DNA of 47,069 nucleotides from Candidatus Thorarchaeota archaeon (lineage in GTDB: Archaea; Asgardarchaeota; Thorarchaeia; Thorarchaeales; Thorarchaeaceae): positions 1-47,069 of the forward strand of contig RDNZ01000022.1 in NCBI GenBank assembly GCA_011364905.1, in the 5' to 3' direction. Made by a program: the position numbers and the translations under genes. Numbering within the stretch: the first letter of the stretch is position 1; the number at the start of each line of letters is the position of its first letter. Positions 1-9,636 of this stretch are shown piece after piece. The notes beneath the pieces were generated by a model. The model searched no databases. It saw nothing but the letters and a program-made list of their open reading frames with translations, and was not told the origin of the DNA.

Positions 1-240
1 GAAAACAAGGACAACTATCACGATGGAAGAATCCCTGTCAACTGTGATGGTGGCTTAAAGAGCAAGGGCCATCCTCTAGGCGCAACTGGAGTTTCAATGA
101 CGTATGAAATCCTCAAGCAGATGCGTGGCGAAGCTGAGAACAAGTCAAGGCAGATTGACAATGTGCAATATGGTCTTGCGCACAATGTTGGGCAATCAGG
201 CCAATTCGTGAACGTGTTCATTTTTGAGAGAGGTTGGTAA
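1..240 (+). CDS. Thiolase (SCP2-type/archaeal acetyl-CoA acyltransferase), C-terminal fragment; gene starts before the window
   Basis: Frame 1 reads ...PVNCDGGLKSKGHPLGATG...GLAHNVGQSG...ERGW*. GHPxGATG is the thiolase motif, and a DUF35 gene follows directly. Not in the ORF track. Confidence 0.93.
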   Translation, partial: ENKDNYHDGRIPVNCDGGLKSKGHPLGATGVSMTYEILKQMRGEAENKSRQIDNVQYGLAHNVGQSGQFVNVFIFERGW

Positions 241-243
241 AGG

Positions 244-657
244 ATGGCCGAACATGAAGAAATCTACCTGGGTTACTCTACTGATAAGGCAGTGACTCCG
301 TTTTTGCAGAAGTTCCTTGAAGCACTTGAAGATGGGAAGCTTATGAAGAGTAAGTGTCCAAAATGCAGTTCAGAGTATCTCCCTCCAAGGCAGTACTGCC
401 AAAAAGACTTGACCGAATGTGAATTGGTCGAGGAAACCGAGAGAGAAGCAAAACTCTATTCATACGTCATTGTGGACTTTGCTCCTGCAAGTCTGTCTTC
501 AAAGCAGCCATACATCGTTGCTATAGGCGAGTTCCCCTCTGGTTTGAGATTGACAGCACACATCACCAATCCAATGGGCCCACCAACTGTGGGAATGCCC
601 CTCAAATTAGCTTTTGATCATCAAGACAAAATGGTCACATACAAGTGGCTGGTCTAA
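244..657 (+). CDS. DUF35 family Zn-ribbon/OB-fold protein (thiolase partner)
   Basis: CPKC...PPRQYC..D..EC rubredoxin-like ribbon, then LYSY and PYIVAIGE OB-fold; canonical position after a thiolase. Confidence 0.92.
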   Translation: MAEHEEIYLGYSTDKAVTPFLQKFLEALEDGKLMKSKCPKCSSEYLPPRQYCQKDLTECELVEETEREAKLYSYVIVDFAPASLSSKQPYIVAIGEFPSGLRLTAHITNPMGPPTVGMPLKLAFDHQDKMVTYKWLV

Positions 658-665
658 TCAAGGTT

Positions 666-697
666 GAGCCTTCGGGCTCTTCCTTCTATTTCTTTTT
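666..697 (+). terminator. Hairpin GAGCC-TTCG-GGCTC followed by a pyrimidine/T tract, between convergent genes
   Basis: Perfect 5-bp stem with a C(UUCG)G tetraloop at 666-679, then TTCCTTCTATTTCTTTTT. Confidence 0.55.
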
Positions 698-880
698 AGT
701 TACTTCTCGAAATGAGATGCACCCATTTGGGCACTCTTCGATGCAATTTCCGCAGTCCTTGCAATACTGAACATGCGCGACTTGCGGCTTTTCATCTAGC
801 TTCTCATAGACACCATACGTACACGTCTTCACACATGTACCGCATCCATCGCAACAATTCTCGTCCAGAATGGTAGGTAT
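686..880 (-). CDS. 2[4Fe-4S] ferredoxin, 64 aa, probable ATA start
   Basis: Manual translation IPTILDENCCDGCGTCVKTCTYGVY...YCKDCGNCIEECPNGCISFREVTKKK* has two CxxCxxCxxxC motifs; AGGTGA RBS 6 nt upstream of ATA. Not in the ORF track. Confidence 0.88.
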   Translation of the reverse strand: MPTILDENCCDGCGTCVKTCTYGVYEKLDEKPQVAHVQYCKDCGNCIEECPNGCISFREVTKKK

Positions 881-957
881 GGTTATTCACCTGTTTTGCT
901 TGGGGTTCAAAAACGACGATGCCATATGAATGATGGTTTATGGACATGGATGAATTG

Positions 958-1311
958 TCACGAGAAGTAGTGACCATAATGTGACAGAGTCTCTAAGATT
1001 GCTGCCCAGCGGGTTTGCAAGGTGACTGCCTTCAATGTTTCCAGATATATTTGCGAGGCCTCTCTTGAGTCACAATTGGCGATTCTCTCAAGCGCCGTAT
1101 CAATTACGGTCTTTATATCCTCCAATCTACGCTTACCGGTGTTTCTTCTATAATCGGAGAAAACAACGTAGTCTTTCTTTATGTCCTTGAGTCCTTTGAT
1201 GAGTCGTGCCTCTTCCTGAACCACTGTCTTGAATTCGTATGAACTCTCAAGAGATGCCTTCATTGCACTCAGACTCTTTCTCCAAATATCTCTGTTTTCT
1301 GAGCTGGCCAT
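958..1311 (-). CDS. Hypothetical helical protein
   Basis: 117-aa ORF with protein-like composition and a GGAG upstream; no family recognised. Confidence 0.65.
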   Translation of the reverse strand: MASSENRDIWRKSLSAMKASLESSYEFKTVVQEEARLIKGLKDIKKDYVVFSDYRRNTGKRRLEDIKTVIDTALERIANCDSREASQIYLETLKAVTLQTRWAAILETLSHYGHYFS

Positions 1312-1698
1312 CTAATCCATCTCCAGGCGATACTGGTCAATATCTAGCAAATGAGTAATTAAAGATTGAGTGATTTCTAGGTGTTACGCGCTATTGCACT
1401 GCAAACTGCTTAAAACCCACAACATCCTTCTCTTCTGAGTCATACGGATTTTCGTTTTATGGATAGTCACTCCTAACACGAGAATGGCAGTAGCTGATTC
1501 CTCAGACACATTCAATACTGTCACGCTCCTGAGAAAAACAGTCAGTAGTTCTTGATGTTATCCGGATCTAAACAGAAGCGTATGTAAAGTCCTTTCAAAG
1601 ACCACTGGTTCTTGGTGGATAATCACAGCGCATTCCCATTTTCCGAAGGCTTATTACTCACCCTAGTGCAAATTGTACAAAAACTAGGAGGACATGTT

Positions 1699-2484
1699 GT
1701 GTCTGAACAAGTAGTGCTCTACGAAGTATCTAATGGGATTGCGACCATCACAATTAATCGGCCTGCAAAATATAACGCTCTGAACACCAATGTACGAGCG
1801 GCTCTGAATGACTTCTTCGCACAAGCCGAAAAAGATGATTCTGTAAGGGTCATTATTCTGACTGGCGCTGGTGAGAAGGCATTTGCCGCGGGCGCAGATA
1901 TTACAGGCTTCCCAGGTCTGAATTCAAAAGAAGTTCGAGAACCTGCCAAACAGGGACAAGATCTTAGTGTATACATAGAGTCGATAGGCAAACCTGTGAT
2001 TGCAGCAGTGAATGGTATTGCACTTGGAGGTGGCTGCGAGCTCGCCATGGCTTGTGACATCAGATATGCCTCAGCAAACGCAAGATTCGGACAACCAGAA
2101 ATCCTTCTCGGCATAATCCCCGGTTACGGTGGAACAGTTAGGCTTCCTCGACTTGTAGGTCTTGGTAGAGCAAAAGAGATTGTTTTCACTGGAGACCAGA
2201 TCGGTGCCGATGAAGCTTTTCGGATTGGCCTTGTAAACAAAGTGTTTGAATCCATTGAAGCCCTTCACAAAGGTGTTGGCGAGCTGGCCGCAAAGCTGGC
2301 TGAAAGGCCAGGAGTTGCAATCAAGTTGGCAAAGCAATCATTGAACAGCGCGTGGCAGAAATCTCTTCGAGATAGTCTTGCATATGAGCTTGATGTCTTT
2401 TGCCAGACTTTCGATACAGAGGATAAAGAAGAAGGTGTTGCAGCTTTTCTGGAGAAACGCAAGGCGACGTTCAAGCACAAGTAA
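1699..2484 (+). CDS. Enoyl-CoA hydratase/crotonase
   Basis: AFAAGADI, ALGGGCELA and FGQPEI motifs (both catalytic Glu). Start moved to GTG 1699 after the GGAGG RBS. Confidence 0.95.
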   Translation: MSEQVVLYEVSNGIATITINRPAKYNALNTNVRAALNDFFAQAEKDDSVRVIILTGAGEKAFAAGADITGFPGLNSKEVREPAKQGQDLSVYIESIGKPVIAAVNGIALGGGCELAMACDIRYASANARFGQPEILLGIIPGYGGTVRLPRLVGLGRAKEIVFTGDQIGADEAFRIGLVNKVFESIEALHKGVGELAAKLAERPGVAIKLAKQSLNSAWQKSLRDSLAYELDVFCQTFDTEDKEEGVAAFLEKRKATFKHK

Positions 2485-2600
2485 CTAACCGATTGATTGC
2501 AGATTCATAATGATAGAAGACAGAAATTTATGAATTTGTGTAACCAGTCCTCCTTAGGTTTAAACCGAAGAGCTGCAAATGAAAAAATTGAGGCTGTAGA

Positions 2601-3365
2601 ATGACAATAGATGCCAACGAGCGTTTGGAATCAAGTAGTGAAGAAACGGAGGACACGATCGTTTCTTCAGGAATGCAAGTCTTGAAGCTTGTCAGATCCC
2701 GTCGTTCAATTCGTGAGTTCACTGGAGGAAAAATTCCCGATGAGCATATCGAATTGATACTGGAAGCTGCACGCCATGCCCCAAGCCCTGAGAACATGTT
2801 GATGATTCGACTGGTAGTCATTCGGGATGATCAGGACACAAAGGAATTCTTGGCAGATATTGCTCAGGAGAATGCTCAGACGGTTTTTGGTTCAGCACCA
2901 TTTGAGCTCACAAGCGGGAGAAATTGGTACATACAAGATGAGTTTAGGGCGGCAGTGTTCTCCCGGCTTCGAGAAGGCGAACTGTTCAGATATCCTGAGA
3001 AAAGCGACACGGTAATTGTTGTATGTGCCAGTCCTGCCTGGCACGACGCAACCAAATTGTATCCCAATGAGCTCTTTGGTTCTGTTGTTTCAGGAATGGC
3101 TATCCAGAACATGTGGATGGTGGCGAGCGCAATGGGCTATGGCTGCGGTTACGAAGCTCTGGTTTGCTCTGACTCCAGATATACACAGCAAATTCGTGAC
3201 AGATTGGGAATTCCGCCAATTTGGATCCCATTGACAGCATTTTGCATTGGTATTCCTATCTCGAAGAGACACTTAGGACCTAGTAGGCCACCACTTGAGG
3301 GACTATTGTATGATGAACGTTGGGGACACCCATACAAAAGATTAGCATTCAAGAAGAGGGATTGA
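2601..3365 (+). CDS. Nitroreductase-family flavoprotein
   Basis: RRSIREF, AARHAPS.EN, AIQNMW..A...GYG. Confidence 0.9.
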   Translation: MTIDANERLESSSEETEDTIVSSGMQVLKLVRSRRSIREFTGGKIPDEHIELILEAARHAPSPENMLMIRLVVIRDDQDTKEFLADIAQENAQTVFGSAPFELTSGRNWYIQDEFRAAVFSRLREGELFRYPEKSDTVIVVCASPAWHDATKLYPNELFGSVVSGMAIQNMWMVASAMGYGCGYEALVCSDSRYTQQIRDRLGIPPIWIPLTAFCIGIPISKRHLGPSRPPLEGLLYDERWGHPYKRLAFKKRD

Positions 3366-3371
3366 AAGAAG

Positions 3372-4496
3372 ATGAAAGTACGTAAAATAGCTGTTATTGG
3401 TTCTGGGCTTATGGGTTCAGGAATCTCGTATGTTTCTAGGGCATCAGGATACGAAGTGATCATGACAGATTTGGATGATAACGCAGTGAATCGAGGTCTG
3501 TCAAGGATTAAAGATTATGTTGAATCGGGAATCAGACGAGGAAAGTTGTCTTCTAGTGATGGTGAGAAAATAATCAATCAGTTGTTCACTACGACAAATC
3601 TGAATGATGCCGTCAGCGACGTTGATTTGGTCATAGAGGCTGTGTTTGAGAACATGGATGTAAAGAAGAAGCTGTTCAGAGAATTGGACAGCATTGTGAA
3701 ACCTCATACAATTCTCGCTTCGAACACATCCTCGCTCAGTATAACTGAGCTTGGTAAGGTCACGAATCGTCCAAACAAGGTGATTGGCATGCACTACTTT
3801 TCTCCAGTACCTGCAATGAAGCTCCTAGAGATTATCGTAGGAGAGAAAACAAGTGAAGATACTATTCAGACTGCTCTGGAAGTAGGAGCAAACCAAGGAA
3901 AAACCACTGTAAAAGCGATTGATAGCCCGGGCTTTATTGTCAACAGGCTGCGGATGCAGATATCGAGAGCAGCAATACAAGTCTACGAACAGGGCTTGGC
4001 AAGCGCAGAAGAAATCGATACGGCAATGAAGGAGCAGTTTGGTACACCAATGGGCTCTATGGAACTGAGTGATTTTGTTGGCTTGGATGTATCAATCGGC
4101 ACAATGAGCACATTAGAGAGAGAACTGGGGATTTGCTACTCAGTTCCTGAAACAGTCAAGAGGTTTGTGAAGGAAGGGAGAATAGGGAGAAAGGCCGGCA
4201 AGGGGTTCTATGCATATGATCCAGAGAAGCGTTCTCTCGAAGAACCCAAAGGTGCAGATCCGAAGTGGTTAGTGACTCGAATCATAATGCCATACCTTAG
4301 GGAAGCGATGATTGAGTTTGAAAATGGTATCGCAACAAAAGAAGATATTGACAAGGCTTTGAAACTGGGCTCGAACTATAAAGAAGGACCATTTGAAACC
4401 ATTGAACGAATGGGCCTCGATGTAGTTCGAGAGGAACTGAAAAAGCTCCAACAGCAATTTGGAGATTGTTACAGTCTTCCGAAAATGCTTCAATAA
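3372..4496 (+). CDS. 3-hydroxyacyl-CoA dehydrogenase with duplicated C-terminal domain
   Basis: GSGLMGSG Rossmann motif, EAVFE, SNTSS, GMHYFSP, PGFIVNR; second helical domain DIDKALKLG...GPFE. Confidence 0.95.
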   Translation: MKVRKIAVIGSGLMGSGISYVSRASGYEVIMTDLDDNAVNRGLSRIKDYVESGIRRGKLSSSDGEKIINQLFTTTNLNDAVSDVDLVIEAVFENMDVKKKLFRELDSIVKPHTILASNTSSLSITELGKVTNRPNKVIGMHYFSPVPAMKLLEIIVGEKTSEDTIQTALEVGANQGKTTVKAIDSPGFIVNRLRMQISRAAIQVYEQGLASAEEIDTAMKEQFGTPMGSMELSDFVGLDVSIGTMSTLERELGICYSVPETVKRFVKEGRIGRKAGKGFYAYDPEKRSLEEPKGADPKWLVTRIIMPYLREAMIEFENGIATKEDIDKALKLGSNYKEGPFETIERMGLDVVREELKKLQQQFGDCYSLPKMLQ

Positions 4497-4515
4497 TAAT
4501 TGATGTGAGAATTCC

Positions 4516-5301
4516 ATGGCAGAAGATTATGTCCTCTTTGAAGCAAGCGATGCGATAGCTACAATCACCATCAATAGACCGGACAAATACAATGCTCTCA
4601 ATATTAGCGTAAAGAAGAAGCTCCTGGAGATGTTCAGACAAGCTGACAAAGATACCTCAGTCAGAGTCGTGATTCTTACAGGTTTTGGAGAGAAAGCTTT
4701 CATTTCCGGGGCAGACGTAAATGAGTTCGTAGGTAGGAACTCAGATACTATCAAGCAGGTTGTCAATCCAAGTAGGGACATTGCTCAGTTCATTACAGCA
4801 ATGGATAAGCCTGTGATCACTGCCGTGAATGGGTATGCACTTGGGGGCGGGTGTGAATTGGCCCTTGCATGTGATATTCGCTATGCATCGAAAAATGCAC
4901 AGTTTGGTCTTCCAGAAATCCATCTCGGGACTCTACCCGGCAATGGAGGGACTGTGAGGCTGCCCAGACTTGTTGGTTTAGGCATAGCGAAAGAACTCAT
5001 TCTAACCGGTAGTCGAATAACAGCTGATGAGGCGTTTAGAATTGGACTTGTCAATAAAGTCTTCAACTCCGTGGAAGAACTTAGGGCTGGAGCAAATGAA
5101 CTTGCTAGGATATTATCTCGTATGCCAGGTGTTGCGCTTGGTCTTGCGAAAAAATCCATTCAGGAAAGCTGGGAACTACCATTGAATGAACACCTTGCGG
5201 TCGAACTCGACGCCTTTTGTAAGACATTCGACACTGAGGATAAGGAAGAAGGCGTTAACGCTTTTTTGGAAAAACGGACCCCGGAATTCAAACATAAGTG
5301 A
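4516..5301 (+). CDS. Enoyl-CoA hydratase/crotonase (paralogue of 1699..2484)
   Basis: AFISGADV, ALGGGCELALACD, FGLPEI; colinear with and very similar to the upstream crotonase. Confidence 0.95.
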   Translation: MAEDYVLFEASDAIATITINRPDKYNALNISVKKKLLEMFRQADKDTSVRVVILTGFGEKAFISGADVNEFVGRNSDTIKQVVNPSRDIAQFITAMDKPVITAVNGYALGGGCELALACDIRYASKNAQFGLPEIHLGTLPGNGGTVRLPRLVGLGIAKELILTGSRITADEAFRIGLVNKVFNSVEELRAGANELARILSRMPGVALGLAKKSIQESWELPLNEHLAVELDAFCKTFDTEDKEEGVNAFLEKRTPEFKHK

Positions 5302-5306
5302 CTGGC

Positions 5307-6242
5307 TCAGGTTCTAAGTAAAAGAAGTTGACCATTCTCTCGAATTATACGGTCCTCCTTGATCAAGTGCTCGATGTGTTTCTCAATCATGACTTCTTCA
5401 AATGCATAGTACACAGGATGTGGTATCCGAGGATAGATGATTGGGATATGAGCGAGCTTTTTCGCAGTGTCGTATCCCTCTGCAATGCGTTGGACAATAT
5501 CATCGTCTCGTCTTTGAAATAATGCCAGATAGCTCTTGAGCTGCTCCTGAAGTCCAACTGTCACAGGTTCTATGAGATGACTACTAATACCCATTTCTGG
5601 TTGTAAATCGATAATCCTCTGAATTGATTCTTTGAATCGTTCAAGGTCACTCACAACGTTTCCATACCATGGGCCAAAGTCTGTCAGATCGATATCCACC
5701 AATAGTATTTTTTCAAGACCATTGATGCCAAAACAAGTGTGATCATGCGTGTGTCCTGGGGAATGAAGGGGGATGAGTTCCACTTCGCCGCAACTAATCG
5801 CTTTTCCATCTTGAAAGTTGCCATCAACTATGTAATCTTCTTTGACATGAGGCAGTCTGGCATCGAGTAAATTCAACCAATGGTCTTTTACTACCTGACT
5901 ATGGATACCTATGAATTTCAGCATATTAGAAAATGACATGACTCCATCTTGAGCAAGTGGATGGCACAACACCTCGCAATCCGATATTTGTCGCAGCACG
6001 TTTGCATATCCCTTGTGGTCCGCATGGTAATGAGTCAGTACTATACGATCGAGGTCTTCTGGTTGATGTCCAAGATCCTTTAGTGTAGAAAACACCTGAT
6101 TGGGATTGGAACCAGCATCCACAAGAGTGAGAATTTCATCATCAATTAAGAGCGTATTCGCCTCTGGGAAGCGTGCTTCATTTTCGCCTCTGACAAGATG
6201 AACGTGAGGTTCGATTTCAATATGTGCTGGATAGTCAGACAT
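5307..6242 (-). CDS. Metallo-beta-lactamase-fold hydrolase
   Basis: LVDAG, THYHADH, PGHT motifs. Confidence 0.9.
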   Translation of the reverse strand: MSDYPAHIEIEPHVHLVRGENEARFPEANTLLIDDEILTLVDAGSNPNQVFSTLKDLGHQPEDLDRIVLTHYHADHKGYANVLRQISDCEVLCHPLAQDGVMSFSNMLKFIGIHSQVVKDHWLNLLDARLPHVKEDYIVDGNFQDGKAISCGEVELIPLHSPGHTHDHTCFGINGLEKILLVDIDLTDFGPWYGNVVSDLERFKESIQRIIDLQPEMGISSHLIEPVTVGLQEQLKSYLALFQRRDDDIVQRIAEGYDTAKKLAHIPIIYPRIPHPVYYAFEEVMIEKHIEHLIKEDRIIRENGQLLLLRT

Positions 6243-6331
6243 TATCTACTTGACCACCAATACACTACATAACTCTCTGGGTAGCACAATCTATATGCTG
6301 CCTTGCACTAAACTGATGGTTGGTGATAATA

Positions 6332-7789
6332 GTGAGTGACCGTCTCTTTGCAGTCTTTGATATTGGAACTACTGGGACACGTTCTATCATTGTGGATGAG
6401 GAAGGACGTGAGGTTAGCAAGGCCTATGAAGAGTACCCTCCCAAACCGGAAGGAGTCATGATTCACGAACAAGTTGCTGACACCTTCTGGCGAACATCTG
6501 CAAATACGATGCAGAGAGCACTTGCGGGATGCAAACATGGGCCCGATGCTATTGTTGGTGTGATTGTTTCAACAACCAGAGACTCGATGACACCCATAGA
6601 CAAGGATGGTAATGCACTGGCTCCAACTGTGACTTGGCTTGATAACCGATCGAGTTCGAAAAGCAAGGAGATGGCTGCTGAGATTGGTCCGCGAAAAAGC
6701 GTGAATAAATTGATGTGGTTTATTGATAATAAACCAGAACTCTTCAGGAAGGCTCACAAATGGTTGTCTCTTGACGCATTCATCAACAATCGACTCTGTA
6801 ATGCATGGATCACTTCTCCTGCTGATGCACGGTTTGGACCTATTGATCATGAAACGCTCCAGTGGTCTAATGAGCTGTGCGATGCTGCAGGAATACCAAT
6901 AGAAAAACTAGCAGAGATTAAGAACTCTGGTTCTTTGATTGGTGAAATCAATTCTGAAGCTTCAAAAGCCACATCATTGCGCAGAGGTACGCCTGTTATC
7001 CTTGGCAGCGGAGACCAACAATGTTCTGCTCTAGGCATGGGCATCATTGAGCCAGGACTGGTGGAGGCCACAACAGGTACGGGAACCTTCGTCATCACTC
7101 ACCTCGATGAATTCATAGAAGAATCATTTGTGATGTTCTGTAATCCATCAGCAATACCCGGTAAATGGATTCTTGAGGGTGTAACACCCGGGACCGGACT
7201 CACCTACAAATGGTACAGAGACCAATACTGCCAACCCGAGGTGGCGCTTGCCACAAAAACTGACCAGGACGCCTATGAGATCATCGAATCTTCAGCCGCA
7301 TCCATACCTGCAGGTAGTGATGGGCTTCTGATGTTCCCATTCATGGCCTATAAACTGGGGATTTTGTATCACCTGGGATTTGGTCACACGAAAGCTCACG
7401 TTGCTCGTGCAATTCTTGAGGCGAATGGATATGTCATCTCGTTTTACCTTGAGATGATGGAAGGTATGTTGGACCTCGAATTCAAAGAGCTTCGTATTGG
7501 TGGTGGTGGATCCAATTCCCCTTTGTGGCGTCAGATTCAAGCAGACTGCATAAACAGACCTGTTGTTCTTCCAAAGGTTCGGGACTCCACCGTCATTGGT
7601 GCTGCAATTTTGGGAGCAGTTGGGACAGGAGTCTATGGCGGATACAAGGAAGCGGTCGAAAATATGTTCCACATCGAGGAGCGTCGGGAGCCAATCCCTG
7701 AAAATGTAGAAGTTTACAAAAAACAATATCCCATTTTCAACAAACTCCTCACTTCAGAAATGGGAAACATCCTTGATGCAATATCATGA
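6332..7789 (+). CDS. FGGY-family carbohydrate kinase (glycerol/xylulose kinase-like)
   Basis: DIGTTGTR, WLDNR, GDQQ, TGTG, RAILE, GGGS motifs. Start set to GTG 6332 after GGTGA. Confidence 0.92.
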   Translation: MSDRLFAVFDIGTTGTRSIIVDEEGREVSKAYEEYPPKPEGVMIHEQVADTFWRTSANTMQRALAGCKHGPDAIVGVIVSTTRDSMTPIDKDGNALAPTVTWLDNRSSSKSKEMAAEIGPRKSVNKLMWFIDNKPELFRKAHKWLSLDAFINNRLCNAWITSPADARFGPIDHETLQWSNELCDAAGIPIEKLAEIKNSGSLIGEINSEASKATSLRRGTPVILGSGDQQCSALGMGIIEPGLVEATTGTGTFVITHLDEFIEESFVMFCNPSAIPGKWILEGVTPGTGLTYKWYRDQYCQPEVALATKTDQDAYEIIESSAASIPAGSDGLLMFPFMAYKLGILYHLGFGHTKAHVARAILEANGYVISFYLEMMEGMLDLEFKELRIGGGGSNSPLWRQIQADCINRPVVLPKVRDSTVIGAAILGAVGTGVYGGYKEAVENMFHIEERREPIPENVEVYKKQYPIFNKLLTSEMGNILDAIS

Positions 7790-7989
7790 GATCAATGTGC
7801 AAACAGAAAAACCTCAGAGTTTTGATTTTCCTCGTACTGACCATATTCTCAAGTTCGCATCCAAAACCCAAATTCTATGCAATCTTGCTATAGGACTCTG
7901 CCTTCTTGGTTCATCCGAAACCTTAGTATTGCACGCTCGTTCACTACCGACATCGAATCCTAGAATTATCATCTCAGGAATAGATGTAC

Positions 7990-9636
7990 ATGAGCGACTC
8001 CGAGTTCGATGTTGTTGTTATTGGTGGCGGAAGCACTGGCACAGCCGTCGCCCGCGATTGTGCAATGCGTGGTTTGAGAACACTACTGTTAGAACGTGAC
8101 GATATTGCATCCGCAACTGTGGGTACATGCGCGGGGATGATTTCTTCAGGTCTCAAATATAGAAACGAACCTGACATCATGGAGCTGTGTTCTGAAGAGG
8201 TTGTGCATTTCAACCATATTGCGCGTCATATTATGATGAAGATCCCAATTCTGGCTCCACTTCTTGACTTGAGCGATGCAGCAAGTGATAGTGGATACAT
8301 CGATGCGTATTCCGAACATGCAGAGGAACGAGAGGTGCCAGCGATGATGTTTCTCACTCCAGAAGCAACACTAGAGATTGAACCAATGGTTCATCCTGAT
8401 GTTATTGCGAGTGTGTATTATGAGGAGTTCTTTATTGACCCCTTCCGTCTATCTCTTCTCCAAGCTCTTGATGCAATAAACCATGGAGCTAAAGTCCATA
8501 CCTATTGCGAGGTCATAGGTTTCGAAAAGACGGGGGGCGAAATTCAAGGAGTTGTGTTCTATAACAGGATAACAGGCACGACAGAAACGGTTCGCACTAA
8601 ACTTGTGGTGAATGCGACTGGACCTTGGGCCCACAAACTAGCTCGGATGAATGACAGCAAACTCGACCTTCGACTCAACAAGGGAACACACGTGATTCTT
8701 GACAGGAGAGTTGTAAATGTAGGAATAACTGCAAGGGCACTTGATGGACGATGGGTCTACCTGTTTCCTCATGAGAATACTACACTTCTAGGCACTACTG
8801 CTTTGGATACTTGGGAAGACCCAGATAGGTTAGTGGCATCCTTTGACGAGATTGAGTATTTGTTACAGAGCATAGAGGCTGTTATCCCGTCAATTCGAGA
8901 GTCGCGGATAATTAGGACAATGGCTGGAATCCGTCCCCTTGTGCCAGATTGGAAAGTCTCTGAAGACAAGGTGACTCGAGGATACCAAATTGTGGACCAT
9001 GAGAATGGGATGATAAGCTTCACTGGCGGCAAACTAGTGATGTGCAGACACATGGCGCAAGATGTCACTGATCTTGTTTGCAAGAAACTTGGAGTTAAGG
9101 CCATATGTAAAACCCATGAAAAGCCTCTTCCTGGGAATGAAGACGATGTGGATGTTGAGTCTCTATCCGTCGAATATGGTATTAGTTTACATACTCTGGA
9201 GCGAATGCGGGCCCGTCGAGGCACAGATATTGTGAAGATACTTGAACTAACAAAGGAACATCCTGAGTGGAAGACTACAATCTGTACATGTGAGCCTGTT
9301 ATCGAAGCGGAGATACGATATGCCATTAGAGAAGAGTTCCCGCAAACGCTGAATGACCTTCGCAGAAGGCTGCGACTTGGAACTGGTCCTTGTCAAGGCA
9401 CCTCCTGCACCTACAAGGCTGCTGCCATACTCTCTGAGGAACTGGATTTAGAAGGAGATGATTTTCTTGTGGATATTCTGGACTTCAAAGCGGAGAGATG
9501 GAAAGGTATTCGTCCATCTATGAGAGGCGAACAGCTAGCCCAGGAAGAACTGGCTCAGGGTATCTACACTTGTGTTGGGAATCTCGACCAATCGGATGTG
9601 GACTATGATCTAAAACCATGGGAGGAGGGTGCCTAG
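7990..9636 (+). CDS. glpA: Anaerobic glycerol-3-phosphate dehydrogenase subunit A-like
   Basis: GGGSTG FAD motif, VVNATGPW, KGTH, GIRPL, GGK; C-terminal BFD-like CTCE...GPCQGTSC. Confidence 0.88.
   Translation: MSDSEFDVVVIGGGSTGTAVARDCAMRGLRTLLLERDDIASATVGTCAGMISSGLKYRNEPDIMELCSEEVVHFNHIARHIMMKIPILAPLLDLSDAASDSGYIDAYSEHAEEREVPAMMFLTPEATLEIEPMVHPDVIASVYYEEFFIDPFRLSLLQALDAINHGAKVHTYCEVIGFEKTGGEIQGVVFYNRITGTTETVRTKLVVNATGPWAHKLARMNDSKLDLRLNKGTHVILDRRVVNVGITARALDGRWVYLFPHENTTLLGTTALDTWEDPDRLVASFDEIEYLLQSIEAVIPSIRESRIIRTMAGIRPLVPDWKVSEDKVTRGYQIVDHENGMISFTGGKLVMCRHMAQDVTDLVCKKLGVKAICKTHEKPLPGNEDDVDVESLSVEYGISLHTLERMRARRGTDIVKILELTKEHPEWKTTICTCEPVIEAEIRYAIREEFPQTLNDLRRRLRLGTGPCQGTSCTYKAAAILSEELDLEGDDFLVDILDFKAERWKGIRPSMRGEQLAQEELAQGIYTCVGNLDQSDVDYDLKPWEEGA

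Noticed and set aside
18-221. 67-aa minus-strand ORF in the track
   Set aside because: Shadow of the thiolase C-terminus on the plus strand
1312-1698. Long intergenic region as possible ncRNA or small ORF, and the 1612 start of the crotonase
   Set aside because: No tRNA or other recognisable RNA structure and only very short ORFs; the RBS and the paralogue's length support a start at 1699
1699-5301. Repeated DNA as possible mobile element or assembly duplication
   Set aside because: Explained by two diverged crotonase paralogues with many synonymous differences
7773-8099. 108-aa ORF bridging the kinase and glpA
   Set aside because: Overlaps both real genes out of frame and has no motif
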